In this document: positions 56,185-64,000 of the stretch, piece after piece
Layout: every line of letters begins with the position of its first letter
Position numbering within the stretch: position 1 is the first letter of the stretch
Sequence record: MH791409.1
Direction: 5' to 3' (one strand)
Length of the DNA stretch: 64,000 nt
From: Escherichia phage EcWhh-1
Notes under the pieces: generated by a model
Database searches by the model: none
What the model was told of the DNA's origin: nothing
The model's input: only the letters and a program-made list of their open reading frames with translations
Translations under genes and position numbers: made by a program

Positions 56185-56244
56185 TATCTGTTCCTCAAGT
56201 GAATGTAGGTACATTATACACTATTTTTAATAAATTTCTATTGC

Positions 56245-56745
56245 TTAAATCTTATCTTTACCGTATTCCATGCACTGTTCTACTGCAGCAGGCACTTTGG
56301 TCTTAAGCTTGTTGATTTGTTTCTTATAATCACGAGCCTTATCGAAGCTCTCGGTTTCGAGCATTTCGTAATAACGAGCCTCGTGGACAGAAATCTGTAG
56401 ATTGATATGGTTTACACACATGGCATACAGTTTCTGCTTTTTGTACAAATCATCTTGGCGCTTCATTTCTGCCTGGTGTTTGGCTAGTACCGCTTCACGC
56501 TTAGACTCTTGTTCACGTTGGAATTCGATTTCCCTTTGAGCATATTTTGCACAGTTATTACCACATTGATTATTAGCTCGGGTGTACACAAGTCCAGAAC
56601 CGGCACGGAATTTCATTTCGCCGTCGAATTGTTTCTGTTCAGCTGCGATACGAGCTTTACCAACTTCATCAGCAGAAACTGCATCACCGTATTGGACTGC
56701 GCAACCTGATAGGAGCATACTCATTGCGATAATTAACTTTTTCAT
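56245..56745 (-). CDS. putative lipoprotein with coiled-coil region
   Basis: 166-aa ORF with signal peptide and lipobox (LLSGC). Confidence 0.55.
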   Translation of the reverse strand: MKKLIIAMSMLLSGCAVQYGDAVSADEVGKARIAAEQKQFDGEMKFRAGSGLVYTRANNQCGNNCAKYAQREIEFQREQESKREAVLAKHQAEMKRQDDLYKKQKLYAMCVNHINLQISVHEARYYEMLETESFDKARDYKKQINKLKTKVPAAVEQCMEYGKDKI

Positions 56746-56752
56746 AATATCC

Positions 56753-56890
56753 TCAATTAAAACAGTTATACTTAATTTGTGCTATAAGAATAATCCATCC
56801 CATGATTAATGTTGGAATCATTGGAGGAATTGCCACTGCCCAATAAACGGTAAAGGCAGCCATTATAAGAAATAAAATAATTATCTTCAT
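56753..56890 (-). CDS. 45-aa hydrophobic peptide
   Basis: Translation MKIIILFLIMAAFTVYWAVAIPPMIPTLIMGWIILIAQIKYNCFN; ATG overlaps the imm stop. Confidence 0.45.
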   Translation of the reverse strand: MKIIILFLIMAAFTVYWAVAIPPMIPTLIMGWIILIAQIKYNCFN

Positions 56891-57123
56891 TGTTTAACGA
56901 TAATGATTTGTGCGTTTGATTTATGTTCAGCGACTATAGCCCAGATTAAAGCCACTACCCAACCAATCATCGTCCACCCTAACAGGAGATTAAGGAAGAA
57001 GATTCCGACATTGCTACGAGTGCCTCGCAGAAGGGCCAGAATCCATGGTAAAAAGTAACCAATGAACATAATAACCAGAGAACCGAATCCTAAAACACCA
57101 GCACTAACGATTAAAGCTTCCAT
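56887..57123 (-). CDS. imm: superinfection immunity protein Imm
   Basis: Start at internal Met MEALIVSAG; two TM segments and a YFLPWILAL motif typical of the Imm family; T4 position next to gene 43. Confidence 0.75.
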   Translation of the reverse strand: MEALIVSAGVLGFGSLVIMFIGYFLPWILALLRGTRSNVGIFFLNLLLGWTMIGWVVALIWAIVAEHKSNAQIIIVKQ

Positions 57124-57154
57124 TGTAATTTCCTCTAAGTAGTTGATAGGAAGG

Positions 57155-57184
57155 ATACTACCACGTTCCTTGTGGTATGTAAAC
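57155..57184 (-). promoter_or_regulatory. early promoter upstream of imm
   Basis: GTTTAC-N18-TAGTAT followed by the conserved CCTTCCTATCAACTA leader. Confidence 0.55.
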
Positions 57185-57186
57185 AC

Positions 57187-59898
57187 TTAAAAGTCGAACA
57201 TATCAAATAATGTTGCTTTTTTCTCGTAGTCGATTTTAGCAGACTCGGTAAAACCAGTTAGAGGCTTGATAAAGGTCTTTTGGAACAGTACGTTGTAGTC
57301 CATCCAACGGAGGACTTGGTCACGAATCTGAACTGGGAGTTCAATACCTGACGGCCATGCCATACAGGCTTCACCAAACGGGTTGCCTTCTTTAAGTGGC
57401 AGTACATATACCTTTTCACCGTCAACGATACGAGGCATAGTCAAATCACCAGCAGAAGCACGCATGTAAGCTAAGCAACCTTTGATGTGGTACGGGCATT
57501 TAGAACCAGGGAATCCGCCTTCATTATATTTCTCGATGTTGTTAGCACTGGATACTGCTGCAATGCTTACATAGTCCAGTTCGTTAAATTCCTTATTAAA
57601 CTGTTTGAAATATTCTTGCAAAGACGCCTCGCCTTCTTGAAGCATACGACGGATACATTCTTTCAGAGCTTTCTGAACAGCTTTAGGTGTACTTGATTTC
57701 TGAGTTTCGAGACCCATGATTTTCAAGTGTGGTTCGGCATAACGAGTGCCTTCCATGTCCCAAACGTTCAGTGCATAACGTTTCTTGCCTGTCCAGAATC
57801 CACCAAGACCTTTAGAACCAAGTGGAGGACCTGCGATAGCTTCTCGGTCCATGAACATCAAGTGTTGTTTGTTGTTCATGTATTCGCACATCTCACGGAA
57901 GCCTGCATCAATAGTCGGTTCCATACGTTCACGTGCAAATTTATCTAAGAAGTCGACCCAGTGGTTAGTGTCACGGAATTTATCTTCGCCTACTTTATTG
58001 ATGATTGCATCTGCCTTAACATAAATGGAGTCAGTATCACCATAGAGCACGAACTTCTGGTTTTCAGTCTTACACACGCTATTCAGATATTCGTTAACCT
58101 TACGTTCAATCCATTGGAGAGCCATTTGACCAAACAGTGTGATTGCAGTTGCGTTCCTGAGGTCGTAATAACGAAACCATACGTTACCAAGTGCACCATA
58201 AAGGGAGTTGATAAGCAACTTACGGTTAATCTGAGCAGTGTTACCTGCAACTTCGGTACGTTCAGCTCTGAACAACATTTCTTTTAAAGAAGAGGCCGAC
58301 AGTTTTTTAATCTGGGCTTTTATTTCATCAGAGAAGTCGAAACGGTAATCGATATCCAGTGGACTATCAACAGACAGATTAGGATTTTCCAATGCTTCTT
58401 TAATTAACTCGCCATTACGTTGGGCTGCAAGCATATAACCTTTATGTTCTTTACGTTGTAAGAACACCTTCGTGATTTCTGTAGGAATCACACCATCACG
58501 GTCTTTATAGTACATCATGCCGTTAGGAGAGCAACTGTAGGTGTCGCTAGGACGCGGAGCAGTTCCGGCAATATATTCATGTATCGGTGCGTTGGCGAAT
58601 GTGCCTGCGATGGTCTCTGGGCTTATATTCACTTGTCGAATGATACTCGGGTACAGAGATGTAAGGTCGAAACTCATTACATATTTGTACGCGTTAGGAA
58701 TAGGTTCCTTAACGAAAGCACCTGGATAAGGTTGAACCGCATGCGATTTGGCCTGAGGAATAACTTTACCCTGTTCTTTAAGGCTATTAAAGATAATAGC
58801 GTCCCAAGTCTTAATTGGACTGAACACCGACTGAATCTGCATCTTAGCATAATAACCCATGTCCAGACTAAGAAGAATGAACTGGCGTTTCATATCAATC
58901 TGCACAACACGATATACGTCGATAATGTTATAGGAAATATATCGTTGGTGGTTCGTCTCACGTAACTTGGAGATAGGACCATCATATTTCAACTTACCTA
59001 CTTTCAATTCATATTCAGAAACATAATCCAGAGAATAAGAAGGCTGGTTAGTAAAGCTGAATTTTTTATAAAGGTCGATATAATCCAGAACAGAGATACC
59101 GAACAGTGTAATAATTTCGCGAACACCGTACATATTCTCGATAACTTTAACACGAGTCTTACGATGTGGGCTTAATCGCTTAGCAGTGTTCTCACCAAAC
59201 AGATTTTTCAGACGGTTATAAACGTATGGCACGTCAAATGATTCAACGTTCCATCCAGTCAAAATCACAGGAGTTTTCTGTTGCCAGAAATTCAGATACT
59301 CAAGCATCATTTCTTCTTCAGAATTAAACGGAAGATAAACGATTTTGTCAATGATTTCTTGTGGAACTTCGTCACCACCTTCGTCTTGGAGTTTCTCAGC
59401 GATTTTAATCGACCACTCTTCGACCGTACCATAAGGTGAAACTAAAAGGTCAAATACATAGAATTTATCATCAATCGAGTCGTAGTGAGTAATGGCATCG
59501 ATAGGATGTTTAGCCTGGGCAGGTTCAGGGAATCCATCAGGGGATGTTACCTCGATGTCGAAGTTAGCAATACGAATCTTGGAAGAATCATACTTGATTT
59601 CTTTACGATAGGTATCAGACAAATAGGCTAATTTATAGTCGTCCATACCAAGGGCTTCGAGACCCATATCGTCCATGCGCTTCATCCACTGAGAAGCATC
59701 GCGCATTGAATCGAATTCTTTCTTAACACAACCCTTACCGTAGATGTCAATATATTTTACGGCTTGCTCTGGGTTAGCGTGCATAAACATTGTAGGCTTG
59801 TAAGGAACTTCACGACTACGTTCGTTACCATTTTTATCGATGTAACGTTCGAGAATATTATCACCGATTTGTTCGACTGTCAAATAGAATTCTTGCAT
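57187..59898 (-). CDS. 43: DNA polymerase gp43 (family B)
   Basis: Exo and pol motifs (FDIEV, YGDTDS, KILINSLYGALG); start taken at MQEFYLTVEQIGDN (ATG 59898), matching recalled T4/RB69 gp43 N-termini; the ORF track extends 20 codons further upstream. Confidence 0.95.
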   Translation of the reverse strand: MQEFYLTVEQIGDNILERYIDKNGNERSREVPYKPTMFMHANPEQAVKYIDIYGKGCVKKEFDSMRDASQWMKRMDDMGLEALGMDDYKLAYLSDTYRKEIKYDSSKIRIANFDIEVTSPDGFPEPAQAKHPIDAITHYDSIDDKFYVFDLLVSPYGTVEEWSIKIAEKLQDEGGDEVPQEIIDKIVYLPFNSEEEMMLEYLNFWQQKTPVILTGWNVESFDVPYVYNRLKNLFGENTAKRLSPHRKTRVKVIENMYGVREIITLFGISVLDYIDLYKKFSFTNQPSYSLDYVSEYELKVGKLKYDGPISKLRETNHQRYISYNIIDVYRVVQIDMKRQFILLSLDMGYYAKMQIQSVFSPIKTWDAIIFNSLKEQGKVIPQAKSHAVQPYPGAFVKEPIPNAYKYVMSFDLTSLYPSIIRQVNISPETIAGTFANAPIHEYIAGTAPRPSDTYSCSPNGMMYYKDRDGVIPTEITKVFLQRKEHKGYMLAAQRNGELIKEALENPNLSVDSPLDIDYRFDFSDEIKAQIKKLSASSLKEMLFRAERTEVAGNTAQINRKLLINSLYGALGNVWFRYYDLRNATAITLFGQMALQWIERKVNEYLNSVCKTENQKFVLYGDTDSIYVKADAIINKVGEDKFRDTNHWVDFLDKFARERMEPTIDAGFREMCEYMNNKQHLMFMDREAIAGPPLGSKGLGGFWTGKKRYALNVWDMEGTRYAEPHLKIMGLETQKSSTPKAVQKALKECIRRMLQEGEASLQEYFKQFNKEFNELDYVSIAAVSSANNIEKYNEGGFPGSKCPYHIKGCLAYMRASAGDLTMPRIVDGEKVYVLPLKEGNPFGEACMAWPSGIELPVQIRDQVLRWMDYNVLFQKTFIKPLTGFTESAKIDYEKKATLFDMFDF

Positions 59899-59930
59899 TT
59901 CATTTCCTTTATAGACGAGTGATTGTCTTT
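59899..59930 (-). promoter_or_regulatory. candidate gp43 autogenous translational operator
   Basis: Minus-strand hairpin AGAC-AAUCACUC-GUCU (8-nt loop) immediately 5' of the gene 43 RBS AAGGAAA. Confidence 0.5.
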
Positions 59931-59952
59931 TGTTTGTTGATGAATCATTATA

Positions 59953-59976
59953 CTCCAAAAAGGGACTTCGGTCCCT
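59953..59976 (-). terminator. terminator hairpin between the regA-proximal ORF and gene 43
   Basis: Minus-strand AGGGAC-CGAA-GUCCCU followed by UUUUUGG, then a TATAAT hexamer. Confidence 0.6.
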
Positions 59977-59980
59977 TTGC

Positions 59981-60195
59981 TTAAATTTCTATTGTCAAGC
60001 GTTTAATAGTCGGATTGCCATCTTCGTCTTTAGTTTTAATCATAGCCTGGAAGACTTGCTGACCTGGATGTAGTAACTTATGGAGGTCCTTTTGAAATTC
60101 TATTTGGAGCTCTTCGGAAAGGTCAAAAACAGTTTGAGTTGGTGAAAGCCCATACACCTCTTTAAGACGTTCGCACGTTTCAATTTCAAGAATCA
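59981..60195 (-). CDS. hypothetical protein; start at MILEIETCE
   Basis: ORF-track frame 59981..60262; ATG at 60195 overlaps the regA stop. Confidence 0.45.
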
Positions 60196-60197
60196 TA

Positions 60198-60560
60198 TTA
60201 ATTACCAATCGTATACTTAGACAATAGTTCCCAGTCATTTTTCTGTTTAAAGGAAATGACACGGAAATTATTAGTAATTTCGAACAATTCAGAATCGTCT
60301 ACTATATCAATAAGTCCCCAATCCTTAAGAAGCTGGGCGATAGAATCACGACGTTGGTAGTCTTCACCATCGATATCTACCTGGCGGCCATCCATACGCA
60401 ACATCTCTTTAAAGTGGACAATATAATACCGTCCTTGCTTTTGCAAAATGTGACAGGATTGATATAGTTTCTTTTCTTTATTATTAGCGATACCCATACG
60501 AGTCAGGGTCTCTTTCACTTTCAAAAAGTCTTCAGGTTGTTTCAGAGTAATTTCAATCAT
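60198..60560 (-). CDS. regA: translational repressor RegA
   Basis: 120-aa ORF MIEITLKQPEDFLKVKETLTRMGIANNKEKKLYQSCHILQK..., near-identical to recalled T4 RegA. Confidence 0.95.
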   Translation of the reverse strand: MIEITLKQPEDFLKVKETLTRMGIANNKEKKLYQSCHILQKQGRYYIVHFKEMLRMDGRQVDIDGEDYQRRDSIAQLLKDWGLIDIVDDSELFEITNNFRVISFKQKNDWELLSKYTIGN

Positions 60561-60566
60561 TTTAAT

Positions 60567-61139
60567 TTACCATTCCAATGCTTTCTTTTTCAAGTCTTTT
60601 TGTTCTTTCACATTTTTAGTTACGGATTTCAGGAACTCGTCCGTAACCAACCCTTTCATCTTCTTAAGCATTGCTGGAAGATGGCCTTTAATTTTATAAG
60701 TCTCGAGATAACGATAAGCGTCATCATTATTAATTGAATGGTATTTCATCAATAAACGAGTAATAAAAACTACACTAACTTCATCATCATGGGCCTTAGC
60801 CCATTTACCAAATCTCTTACCCTTAGGAACGGCATGTAAAAGATAATTGAAGTGACTTTGGTCGTCAAGTTTAAGACAGTTAACCATCGCGGCTTGCATA
60901 ATACAATCTACGTGTTGGCTCAAACTATTATCTAGCCAAAATTGATTATAGTTTTCTGATTGAGCCAAGTTACGTTGTTTTTTACCGTATGTGATATCGT
61001 TCATAATGGCAAACAATTCGTTTTCAGCCTTTTCTTTAAATGAATCGGCTAAGGCTTGAATAGCAGCGTCGTTACGTTGTTTCCAAGCAACTTCATGTTC
61101 ATTCAGTTCAACGTCATCATCAAAAAGACTTATAGCCAT
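60567..61139 (-). CDS. 62: clamp loader small subunit gp62
   Basis: 190-aa ORF between regA and 44. Confidence 0.88.
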   Translation of the reverse strand: MAISLFDDDVELNEHEVAWKQRNDAAIQALADSFKEKAENELFAIMNDITYGKKQRNLAQSENYNQFWLDNSLSQHVDCIMQAAMVNCLKLDDQSHFNYLLHAVPKGKRFGKWAKAHDDEVSVVFITRLLMKYHSINNDDAYRYLETYKIKGHLPAMLKKMKGLVTDEFLKSVTKNVKEQKDLKKKALEW

Positions 61140-62089
61140 TGGAGCTCCAGAGCAAGTTGGATAAACAGATAAGTCAGGTGAATTTCTGGGTTAGCAGCAA
61201 TACCATGGTATTGGTTATTTTCACCGACGATTTCATACATTCTAACAATGCTTGGTCCAGGCAATTTACCATAGAGTTCATTAGCCAATGTCATAATAAA
61301 GTTGGCATAATCATTGACATGACGTGGAGCTAATGCACGGAGTTCTTTAAAGTTTTTATCTTTCAGTGCAGCCACTACTTCATCAATAGGCGAATTGGTA
61401 TTCATTACAATACTCAAAATGCCTGTATCGATTTTACCACTTGAGGAATAACGGTCTAGTTGGTTAACTGTTTTACGGAAGTCAGGGAAGTTTTGTTTAA
61501 CCAAAGCAGCAATAACTTTAAGGTCTTCGACTTCGATATTTTCGTTTTTACAAATTGCTACGGCACGATGAATCATTTCTTTCATCATGGCTGTTTGGTC
61601 AGCTGGAGTGGCTTCACCAAATTTAATTACACGACAACGGGATTGAAGTGGACCGATGATACCATCAATATTGTTTGCTGTAATAATTACAGAACAGTTT
61701 GAGGAATAGGCCTCTAAGAATGAACGAAGGTGGCGTTGAGCTTCAGCAACACCAGCACGGTCGAATTCGTCAATAACAATTACCTTACGTTTACCTTCGA
61801 TAGATTTAGAAGATGCAAAACGAGTAAGTTCGTTACGAACGAAATCAATACGACAGTCGGAACCGTTAACAAACAACATGTCTGAATTTGTATCAGCACA
61901 CAATGCTTTAGCCACGGTAGTTTTACCTGTGCCTGGTGAAGCAGAGACTAGGATAATGTTAGGGATTAGGCCCTTATTAACAATGGCTTGGAGGGTTTCT
62001 TTATCATGTGCAGGCAGAATACACTCAGATAAAGTACCTGGACGATATTTCTGTTCGAACATGAATTCATTATTGTTTACTGTAAGCAT
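61130..62089 (-). CDS. 44: clamp loader large subunit gp44 (AAA+)
   Basis: 319-aa ORF with Walker A SPGTGKTT, Walker B VIVIDEFD and SRC motif. Confidence 0.94.
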   Translation of the reverse strand: MLTVNNNEFMFEQKYRPGTLSECILPAHDKETLQAIVNKGLIPNIILVSASPGTGKTTVAKALCADTNSDMLFVNGSDCRIDFVRNELTRFASSKSIEGKRKVIVIDEFDRAGVAEAQRHLRSFLEAYSSNCSVIITANNIDGIIGPLQSRCRVIKFGEATPADQTAMMKEMIHRAVAICKNENIEVEDLKVIAALVKQNFPDFRKTVNQLDRYSSSGKIDTGILSIVMNTNSPIDEVVAALKDKNFKELRALAPRHVNDYANFIMTLANELYGKLPGPSIVRMYEIVGENNQYHGIAANPEIHLTYLFIQLALELQWL

Positions 62090-62150
62090 ATTAATTTCCT
62101 CAGGTTTGTTTTTACATTATACTCCAAGGGAGGAATTTCCTCCCTATGCT

Positions 62151-62849
62151 TTAGAACGAGTGGCTTGAGCCTGCTTCCATAGCTAATACATAAGAAGCTT
62201 GTGTACCTTCAAACTTAGCTGCAAATCGAGCATCCTGACCTTCACCGCGCGCCCATAACAACACATGATAATCAGCAGGCATCATTTTCATATTGGTTTT
62301 GTTAATGATGAACTTAAAGTCAGGACCATCATGGTCGGCCACGACCAGAGAATACAATGGGCGAGTTAATTCTTTATCGTCGACTTGTTTATAACCGTTG
62401 ATAACAATTTTACCATCGTCTACAGTGATTGCAAATGTATCAATACTCAGACCAGAGGACACACGCATCAACTGTTGATAATCTTCGGCTTTCAGGTCGA
62501 AAATAACTTCGGCCACAGGGAACGGAATAGCTTTACTTGGGAATGCGATTGTGCTTGGGTCGGCAATAGGCCACTTAATTGTTGAACGTTGGTCTTTAAT
62601 AATTAATGTTGTTTGGTCTTCACTTACCGAAACTTCAGCACTTTCCGATACCAAAGACAGAATACTTAAGAAGCCATTCAAATCATAGATTGCTGCTTCG
62701 ATATCGAAGGTATCACTTACAGTAGCTTCACCATAACTTGCACCGGTAACAGATCGGGTCAGAATGGTGTTACCTGGTTTAAGCATAATGCCTGGGTTAA
62801 TACCAGAGAAGTTTTTAAGAATGTTCAGGGTTTCTTTAGAGAATTTCAT
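62151..62849 (-). CDS. 45: sliding clamp gp45
   Basis: 232-aa ORF; MKFSKETLNILKNF...FIINKTNMKMMP matches recalled T4 gp45. Confidence 0.94.
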   Translation of the reverse strand: MKFSKETLNILKNFSGINPGIMLKPGNTILTRSVTGASYGEATVSDTFDIEAAIYDLNGFLSILSLVSESAEVSVSEDQTTLIIKDQRSTIKWPIADPSTIAFPSKAIPFPVAEVIFDLKAEDYQQLMRVSSGLSIDTFAITVDDGKIVINGYKQVDDKELTRPLYSLVVADHDGPDFKFIINKTNMKMMPADYHVLLWARGEGQDARFAAKFEGTQASYVLAMEAGSSHSF

Positions 62850-62874
62850 AATGTTTCCTTATCAAGTCAAATTA

Positions 62875-63309
62875 TTAAGCAATTACGATCATTTGTTTAC
62901 GGATTGATTCAGGCAGAGATTCAATATACTCTGGAATCTTGGAAGCAATAATAGAACCGGCTTCAAGCAACTGCTCATCAGGGTCGACGCAATAATCATC
63001 TTCTAAACGTTCAGAACCGTCGCGGTCGATAACAAGTTTAGCACCTGCAGCCAAAGAATCTTTAAAGTGTTTACGCATGATTTCAATCCACTTATCAGAT
63101 ACATCATTATCGATGATACTGTACAGCATAAACTTGGTTTCTTGTGGAAGAGACTGCAGTCGGCGTGCAGAGTCGGTATCAATATTCAGTACCCATGATT
63201 TACGGATACGGTTCTGATTATGTGGGTTGGAATCAGTACGGATGGTTTTAACTTGGATATCTTTAACGGTAACGCCATTAGAAGTAGCAAACATAATATT
63301 TTCTCTCAT
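62875..63309 (-). CDS. rpbA: RNA polymerase-binding protein RpbA; start may be the internal Met at 63294
   Basis: 144-aa ORF directly upstream of gene 45 as in T4. Confidence 0.7.
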   Translation of the reverse strand: MRENIMFATSNGVTVKDIQVKTIRTDSNPHNQNRIRKSWVLNIDTDSARRLQSLPQETKFMLYSIIDNDVSDKWIEIMRKHFKDSLAAGAKLVIDRDGSERLEDDYCVDPDEQLLEAGSIIASKIPEYIESLPESIRKQMIVIA

Positions 63310-63350
63310 TTAGTTGGTAAATGTATTATAAATCAATATTTTAAAGCAAT

Positions 63351-63542
63351 TTAATCAAAGTACTCATAGACAAACCATGCTGGATTTCTATTTGACATGA
63401 TTGTAACATATTCTGACTTAAAAGCATTTTGGAGATAATCTTCAGTAACAAGATGTTCGTCTCCAGAGAAGTTGTTAACTAAAACATATCTCTTTATTTC
63501 TGGAACGGCCAACAAATGCTGGCCTGTTATAAAATCACTCAT
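63351..63542 (-). CDS. hypothetical protein (45.2 position)
   Basis: 63-aa ORF between rpbA and 46. Confidence 0.5.
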   Translation of the reverse strand: MSDFITGQHLLAVPEIKRYVLVNNFSGDEHLVTEDYLQNAFKSEYVTIMSNRNPAWFVYEYFD

Positions 63543-64000
63543 TCTAACACCGTGAATCGCCCAACTTTCTTCATTTGAAGATGTTGGCCATAAGCTTGTG
63601 GGTCATGGTCTCGGTGAGAGATAATGAACACGTTCGTATCCTCAAGGCTATTCAAGATGGTTGCAATGCTCTTAACGCCTTCAGAATCCGTGGCACTGTC
63701 AAATACCTCATCAAGAATCAGTGTGGATATATTAACACCTGATACCCTAGAAGCAATATCACGCCATGTAAAAAGTAGTGCGATATCAATACGTGCTTTC
63801 TCACCCTGTGAAAATGAAGCATAACTAAAGTCTTCACGTCCACGTGATTTAATCGTCTCATTGAATTCTTCGTCTAGGGTAAAGACGTAGTCCGCTTCCA
63901 TAATCTTCAAATAAGAATTAATCTGCTTATTAAAGATAGGAATGTATTTCTTAATAATGGAACCTTTAATACCTGTATCCTTCAACATTTCTGTCAGAAT
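63539..64000 (-). CDS. 46: recombination endonuclease subunit gp46 (Rad50/SbcC-like), C-terminal part only (gene continues beyond window end)
   Basis: C-terminal ABC-ATPase motifs: signature FSQGEKARIDIALLF, Walker B LILDEVFDS, H-loop FIISHR. Confidence 0.85.
   Translation of the reverse strand: MLTEMLKDTGIKGSIIKKYIPIFNKQINSYLKIMEADYVFTLDEEFNETIKSRGREDFSYASFSQGEKARIDIALLFTWRDIASRVSGVNISTLILDEVFDSATDSEGVKSIATILNSLEDTNVFIISHRDHDPQAYGQHLQMKKVGRFTVLE

Noticed and set aside
5455-57184. Recurring 25 to 55-bp near-identical sequences that could suggest a CRISPR-like or dispersed repeat array.
   Set aside because: The copies are not regularly spaced or separated by uniform spacers; each sits just upstream of a gene start with -35/-10 geometry, so they are promoters.
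57187-59958. Longer gp43 reading frame beginning MEYNDSSTNKRQSLVYKGNE.
   Set aside because: The downstream ATG at 59898 gives an N-terminus (MQEFYLTVEQIGDN) matching known gp43 proteins and has an RBS; the 20-codon extension overlaps the putative operator hairpin.
59976-59984. TGCTT-containing MotA-box-like strings beside the hairpins upstream of genes 43 and 44 (also 62146-62153).
   Set aside because: They are on the plus strand, the wrong orientation for minus-strand middle promoters, and have no properly spaced -10 on the plus strand.

Overview
The window is a contiguous 64-kb segment of a T4-like (Tevenvirinae) myovirus genome, colinear with the T4 map. From my recollection of gp43, gp32 and the fused gp39, it looks closest to the RB69-like lineage; I cannot verify that without a database search. 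Minus strand, left to right: nrdB (5' part), nrdA, td, frd, a block of small ORFs, gene 32, 59, 33, dsbA, rnh. Plus strand: the late long-tail-fibre operon 34-35-36-37-38 and holin t, with exact TATAAATA late promoters. Minus strand again: asiA, motA, 52, a cluster of tiny membrane-peptide genes including stp, ndd, rIIB, rIIA, a fused 39 (no gene-60 split), a GIY-YIG homing endonuclease, dexA, dda, srd-like, two Mod-like ADP-ribosyltransferases, soc, 56, primase 61, spackle-like, dmd, helicase 41, 40, uvsX, imm, DNA polymerase 43, regA, 62, 44, 45, rpbA and the 3' end of 46. No rRNA, tRNA or CRISPR array was seen. The most interesting region is 52010-56214, between uvsX and imm/43, where T4 carries bgt and gene 42. 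Here it holds a five-gene module: a dCMP-hydroxymethylase-like enzyme, a P-loop kinase, a small HAD phosphatase, a 567-aa nucleotidyltransferase-kinase fusion and a 297-aa protein of unknown fold. I read this as a candidate DNA hypermodification system that builds its own activated donor. Other notable points are a duplicated and partly decayed stp/small-peptide locus, a family of about 16 near-identical early promoters (several with dyad symmetry over the -10), and several tandem paralogue pairs. All protein identifications rest on my reading of the six-frame translations and recalled motifs or T4 sequences; no search was run.
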